42,795 nt of DNA from contig PS015537.1 of NCBI GenBank assembly GCA_048213135.1, positions 1-42,795 of the forward strand, written 5' to 3'. Each line of letters starts with the position of its first letter. Position 1 is the first letter of the stretch. The notes under the pieces were generated by a model. It saw only the letters and a program-made list of their open reading frames with translations, did no database searches and was not told where the DNA came from. Shown here in pieces: positions 37,345-42,795 of this stretch. Made by a program: the position numbers and the translations under genes. Source of the DNA: Reclinomonas americana ATCC 50394. Lineage: Eukaryota.

Positions 37345-40300
37345 CTAGAGCACAACGCCAGCAGTGCCGGCGAGTAATGCGATTGTGGGCTGCGAGTGTG
37401 GGGTATGAGTGAGGACGAATGGAAAGAACAGGCGAGAGGAACGCAACTCTGTGATAGTGCGCAAACTGATCGGACTGGCGCCAGCGTGGGAAGCAGTCGG
37501 TCTTCATCAGGTACGAGACGCTGGTGTAGGCGCGCTCGAATGGGCGTAGCATGTCGGATGTTGATACACCGGGTCGATCCGACTGCAAGGTAGTGAGCAA
37601 CAATAGGCAAACAAAGACGATGGGGTGATAATGACGCACCACATCGGTCATGGCAAGTTCGCGATCGCGTGCGGCAATGTTGATCGACGACTCGCCGTCG
37701 GGTGAAATATACGTGTCGCGGATCTTACGGCAGCGTGCTGCGACGTCGGAGAGCGTCACTCGGCTCTTGGCCTGCGACGAAGGAGACGAGGAGGAGAATG
37801 GGGTTTAGTTGGGTGCTGTTAAACAGAGCAGGGAGAGAGAAACCCGCAGCGACGCACAATATCTTCGCGCAGTTCATCCACTGCCATACGGAACAGCAGG
37901 TTTTCTGTGCGGCAGAGGGAGGTAAGTTGTGAGCACAGTGCAAGAGGGGTACAGTCTCCACACCTTGTGCCATCTCGTCGGCGAGGAACCCGAGAAAGGC
38001 CTGCAAGCACCAACAGCGTGAGTGCACAGACGATCCCTGACACAGCGATGACGGGCAACTCCGAACCTGTCGCTCGTCTTTGACAGCCATCATCTCCTCA
38101 AATGAAGAGTCCAACAGCGCCGACTGCTTCACCGAGTCACTCGGACGCAGCACGAAGAGCATGATGACGTGCGGAAGCCAGTCGCCGACCAAGAACATTG
38201 ACGTGGAGGTGGGCATGGACTGCGAATGCTTGCGGATTGAGTGGTGGATGAAGAACATGACACACAAGTGGGTCGAGAAACGCAACTTTCTTCCACTGCA
38301 CCGTCGCCAGAATGAGCATGAACGTGATAGACACGGTCAGCAGGGTGGTCGATAGGGCTTGCTGCAGCGCAACGGGAGTCAGTCAAGGAGAAAGGCGGAG
38401 AAGGAGAGCGGATGGAGAGAGAGAGAGAGAGGTAGAAAGGGAGAAAAGAGAGAGAGGGAGACACTCCCATGAAGCAGCAAGACAACAACGGATGACAACG
38501 CACGCGACAGGAAGAACGGAACGATTTCCGTAGAATGGATGCCATAAACAAGCGGCAAGAAGACAACAACAGACGACATCTCGACATATAGAGCTTTCAC
38601 TCCTGTCTGACAGAGAGGATGAGATCCCACGTGACGAAGAAGCGATATCACAGAATTGATGCCATCCACACGCGGTAAGAAGACAAGAATGGGTGACAGA
38701 GATGCCATTCCACGCAGCAGGAAGAAGTGAACACCAACTCAATGCCCACATAATAGATGCCATCCATGTGCGGCAAGAAGAGTAGAACAGATGCCATTCT
38801 CCGAATGACAGAAACGCCCGTTCCTATCTAACAGACAGGAAGACAACCCACGCGGAATAACGATGAACACCAACTCAATGCCCACAGAAGGGATGCCATC
38901 CACACGCGGCAAGAAGCCAAGAGCGGATGCCATTTTCAGGCACCAGAAAGACGAGAACACTCATTCTCCTACGACACAGCAGCAAGACAAGAGACACGCT
39001 TTGAACACCATCATTCCCTGCCAACGAACCCTCAGCACAGCCTTATCACCAACGCGCAGGCGGCCTTGTCGATGCAACCGCAACATGCTGACCAGCGAAC
39101 TGATCGGCGCCAGCAACGACACCAGCAACAGCGCACCATAACCCTGTCACATCCACCATCAGTTTCCGAACAAGAACCCCACCACTTCCTTCGCCTCTGC
39201 CCTCCCCATCGCAACTGCAATCAACAACGAGTACATGACCGGCTGGTGATCCAAGTCCGGGTACGCATCCTGAATGAGATAGGAGCCCCCGATAGCAGCC
39301 GCCACCAACGCCAGTGCCACCAGCACCGAGGCCGCACGAGCGACTCTCACCGACAGCGGCACGAGTACCACCGCCAATCGCAGGTACACAAAGAGCTGGA
39401 GCGAGAAGTTGATGAGGAGAATGATCTGGCCCACCAGCAGCATGATCACCATCCAGTTCTGAATGCCCGCCCATCCGTTGCTGGCGTCGTTGCAGTCGAA
39501 GATCGAGGCAGTGCCTGCTCCGTAGGCCGTCATGACTGTGGCGCGAGAATGAGAAGGGGGGAGGGGGAGGAGGAGGGGGAGGAGAAGGGAGAGGAAGGCA
39601 GGGTAAGGAGAGGAGAATGTGAGAGGATGAAAGACACAGTGACGAAGGCGAGGGAGATGGAAGGGAGGAGAGAGGAATGGGGGCAGGGATGAAGACATGA
39701 AGAGAGACATAGAGACACTTGTGGTTAAGGATCTAACGGGCGTGAGACGCGAAGATTGAGGAAATACGAAGGCGGAGAGGAATGAGAGGAAAGATGCGGT
39801 AACAGACACAGTGATGAAGGCGAGTACGGATGAAGACATGAAGACAAGAGAGTGATACACTCATGGTTAAGATTCTGAACACAGTCATGACTGCAACGCG
39901 GGCGGGAGAAGCGAAGAAAGAAGAAAGAGAAAATAGGAAGGCGGAGAGGAATGAGAGGTGGGGAAGAGAGGACACAGTTGCTGAGGAAGAGGAGAGAGGA
40001 AGGGAAGGAGGGGATGAAGACGAGAGAGGGGGGCACAGCTGCAGTCAGTCGTCACTGCGTGATGGAGAGGGTGAGAGGAAGGGAAGAGAGCGACGATAAC
40101 AACAGACGGAGGCACAGCTGCAGTCATCAGTTGATACAGGCACAACGCAGATGTGAGGGAGAGGGAAGGGAGGAGAGAGGAGAATGCTGGAAAGAGGAGA
40201 CTTGGCATCAGTGCATCAAAGGATCGACGCAAATCCTCACTGCAGAGCACAAGGGAGAACAGAGCAACAGGAGAGAGAGTACTCTGCAATCACTCCCTCC

Positions 40301-40604
40301 GCTTCCCCCTTGCACTTTGCTCTCTCTCTCCCTCTTCTCTCTCTCATCTCATCTCCCTCTCATCTCCCCCCTCACCAACACAATGTATAGTCCCAAGGAA
40401 CCAGAACGCAGACGTAGGCAGCGTCACAACCACCACACACAGTCGACGAAAACGGCCTCCGCATGAACGACTTTCCGTGCGAGTGGTCCCCCTTTGCCAC
40501 GCCTTGTACACATCAAAGATCCAGCGCAAGAGCAGACAGGCCGCAGTCGTGCTGTAGACCACTGCACAGAGAATGAGAAGCCCTTCGTCTCCGCACACGC
40601 CCAT
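37345..40604 (-). CDS. 7TM-RGS protein, paralog 2
   Basis: Exon 1 MGVCGD...RWIFDV...FWFLGTIHCV is homologous to paralog 1. RGS domain AFLGFLADEMAQENLLF...TYISPDGESSINI...LMKTDCFPRW; C-terminus PTIALLAGTAGVVL*. Confidence 0.82.
38450..38960. repeat. Degenerate intronic tandem repeat (core GATGCCATCCACACGCGGCAAGAAG)
   Basis: Core copies near 38538, 38658, 38756 and 38892; TGAACACCAACTCAATGCCCACA near 38728 and 38864. Confidence 0.7.
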
Positions 40605-40744
40605 TCGAAAGACGATCTTCGGAGGACACACAGGAGACGGAGGACGTCTTGTCAACTAAAAGTTTGTTCTTTGCTTTATGGTGCAAGGATGATGTAGGTA
40701 GGGATTGGTGGGGGAAAAAAGAATAGGATTGGGAATGGGGAGCA

Positions 40745-42795
40745 TCAGAACACTTCGGGACCGTCGAAATCGTCGTCCTCGCCGTAGTTCGGGCCCTTGA
40801 AGATGTCAAAGGAGTGGCTGCTAAGCTGTGGTCTTACAACTGATGGGCTGCGTGAGCCGGCAGCGGCGCCTGCGCCATCGGCGGCGGCGGCAGCAGCAGG
40901 TTGTTTCCTGGCGGCGCGTTCCTGGGCGGCTGCGCGCTGTGTGGTGACCAGTGCTTGAATGCGGCTAAAGGAGGCCTCCGCGTCGTCCATCTGCGTGCCT
41001 TGCTTCGTCAACAGGCGCAGCACCTCGGGCTGGAAACCCGTGAGGAACAGATCGAGGCCTTGTCGGTCACTGGTCGGGTCGGCGGTCTTCTTGTTGCCGT
41101 AGCCGTGCAGGTCAATGACGGTCTGTGTACCAGCGGATGAGCACAAGAGTCACCAGTGAGCCCAACACGAGGACGCGTGCACATACGCACCAGCTTCATG
41201 TTGGGATTGACGTGAGCACGATAGAACTGGATCGCCGCTCGAACATCTTCGTCTGCCGTCAGCGCCGTGTCGGTGAGGAAGATCAAGTAGTCAATCATTC
41301 GATCGGTGGTGACGGACTCCTGTAAATCGACAACAATCAGCACGGGGAGGGGAACCACTGACGATGTTCTGCGAATACAACGAACCCGAATGAACTGGAA
41401 CGGGAAGCTGGTTCCGAGGCCGAGCGCACAGTTCACAGCCGAGGCCTTGCTGATAATGTCTTCGGCATCCCGCATCACATCTTCACCTGCATTGTGTTCG
41501 AACACAGTCAGTTCATGATGCAAGATGCGCGAGCGACGGAAAAACAACGCAACGGTGCTCGGGGAAGACGACCTCCTCATCGCAGCGCTGACCCGCCACC
41601 TTTGGAGAGGAAAAGATGCGCACTTCGCGAGAGTCTTCCGGTGACGAATTGCGAATCATGGCAGCCAGTACGGCAGCCGCGCTCAGCAGCGTCTTGGTGT
41701 TGGTGTAGTTGACTGCCTTGTTGCGTTCGAATGTCGCGCATGGGGCTCGCATAGAACCCGACACATCGACAAAGACGACCACGGAGCCCATCAGCGGCTC
41801 CATCGTCGCACGGCCGACCACTTCGAGGGCCTGGCTCAGGCTGCTCTTGTACTCCTGCACCACCTCCAGGGTGGGCACCACCTTCGGATAGGCCAATCGC
41901 TTGTCCCACGGGTCCGCCTTGGCCACGGCGGCGCCGACACGGTTCCTGCGCTCCGCAAGCATGTTTTCTCGCATCGCTCTCCGCTGTCGGCGCAGATAGT
42001 TCCACCGTTCGACCGCGTTGAGGCCACTCACTTGGCCGTGCTTCTCTTGCCACTGCGACCAAAGGAAATGAGCACGTTCAACGAGAAACGCAAGGATCAT
42101 CAGCAAAAGAACACACAAACCAGTCTCAGTCGAGCTTCAGGGACGGAAATCGCTTGACTCGAGCTCGAAAGTGTATTGGTTGACAGTTTGGCCTTGGCAA
42201 TGCGTTCGCGGTCGCGCAGCAACTCGCACACACGCTGGTGGTGCTCGGGGGAGATGCCGGCCTCGATAAACAAGCGCAAATGTCGCACAAGCATCACGTA
42301 CGACCGATACCGGTGATTGTCGATGCTGCAACGAGGCCATGAATATAGGGGAGCGAAAAATGAACACGCATACAAGGCCGCGTACGCAACGCATACTCAA
42401 ACGTCTCGGCCACCGGGCCGCGCTGCGACATGAGCGACACGGGTGTCTCGTACGGCGCCAAGCGCAACCGTGTGCCCACAAGTCTGGGGTCGAACTCGCC
42501 GGTGAAGCCGAGCTGTGACGGGATGAGGAGAGAGATATGAAAGAGGCAAAGGGGAGGAGTGAGAGAGGAAACACGAGACGGAGGCAAGATAAGAGACAAG
42601 GAAACAGGAGAGCACAAAAGGACTCACTGGTGCACGATTGAGGCGAGATGTGCGGGAGGGAGAGAGGGAAACAAAAGCGGATGTACGAAAGCAGGCAATA
42701 GGGGAGAGACTAGCGCAGGTGACTTCGCGATGCACACACAGATGAGGAGAAATGAGCGGAGATAAGAGAGGGGAAAAGCGGACGTACTCAAGTAA
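40745..42795 (-). CDS. TROVE plus vWA protein of the TEP1/ciliate p80 type; 5' end lies outside the window
   Basis: GFTGEFDPRLVGTRLRLAPYET...SYVMLVRHLRLFIEAGISPEHHQRV resembles the TEP1 TROVE segment. vWA MIDAS motif VFVDVSGSM, then LIFLTD and VIDLHGYG. Confidence 0.8.

Noticed and set aside
38450-38960. CRISPR-like repeat array
   Set aside because: Repeats are degenerate, spacing is irregular, spacers resemble each other, the context is a eukaryotic intron, and there are no cas genes.
837-42390. Shifted-donor introns as introner transposons
   Set aside because: No shared internal sequence, terminal inverted repeats or consistent target-site duplications were seen.
1-42795. Alternative genetic code or pseudogenes to explain the fragmented ORFs
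   Set aside because: Stops and frameshifts nearly all fall in short GT/GC-AG introns, and TAA, TAG and TGA each end genes.

Overview
Gene-dense, intron-rich eukaryotic (protist-like) genomic DNA with six N-gaps flanked by microsatellites. It uses the standard genetic code, and most introns are about 55-80 nt. By hand-splicing I reconstruct 14 protein genes: a small membrane protein, an intronless WD40 protein, a fusion of a catalytically dead bacterial-type matrixin with PPC, EGF and BPL_N domains, an equilibrative nucleoside transporter, a PH protein, CASP, two tandem TPM-TM-RING-H2 paralogs, THADA/Trm732, a ferric reductase, a double-domain GT77/RRA-like glycosyltransferase, two tandem 7TM-RGS paralogs, and a TEP1/p80-like TROVE-vWA protein. 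The main finding concerns splicing. Roughly a third of introns (about 40 of about 120 by hand count) use a 5' splice site whose consensus is shifted by one nucleotide: N|GTTGCG, GTTTCG or GTTGAG instead of G|GTGCG, GTTCG or GTGAG. The shifted class is used almost whenever the exon does not end in G. The contig 8853-10239 appears to be scaffolded in the wrong orientation. All exon boundaries were inferred by eye from reading frame and recalled family homology, without transcript data.
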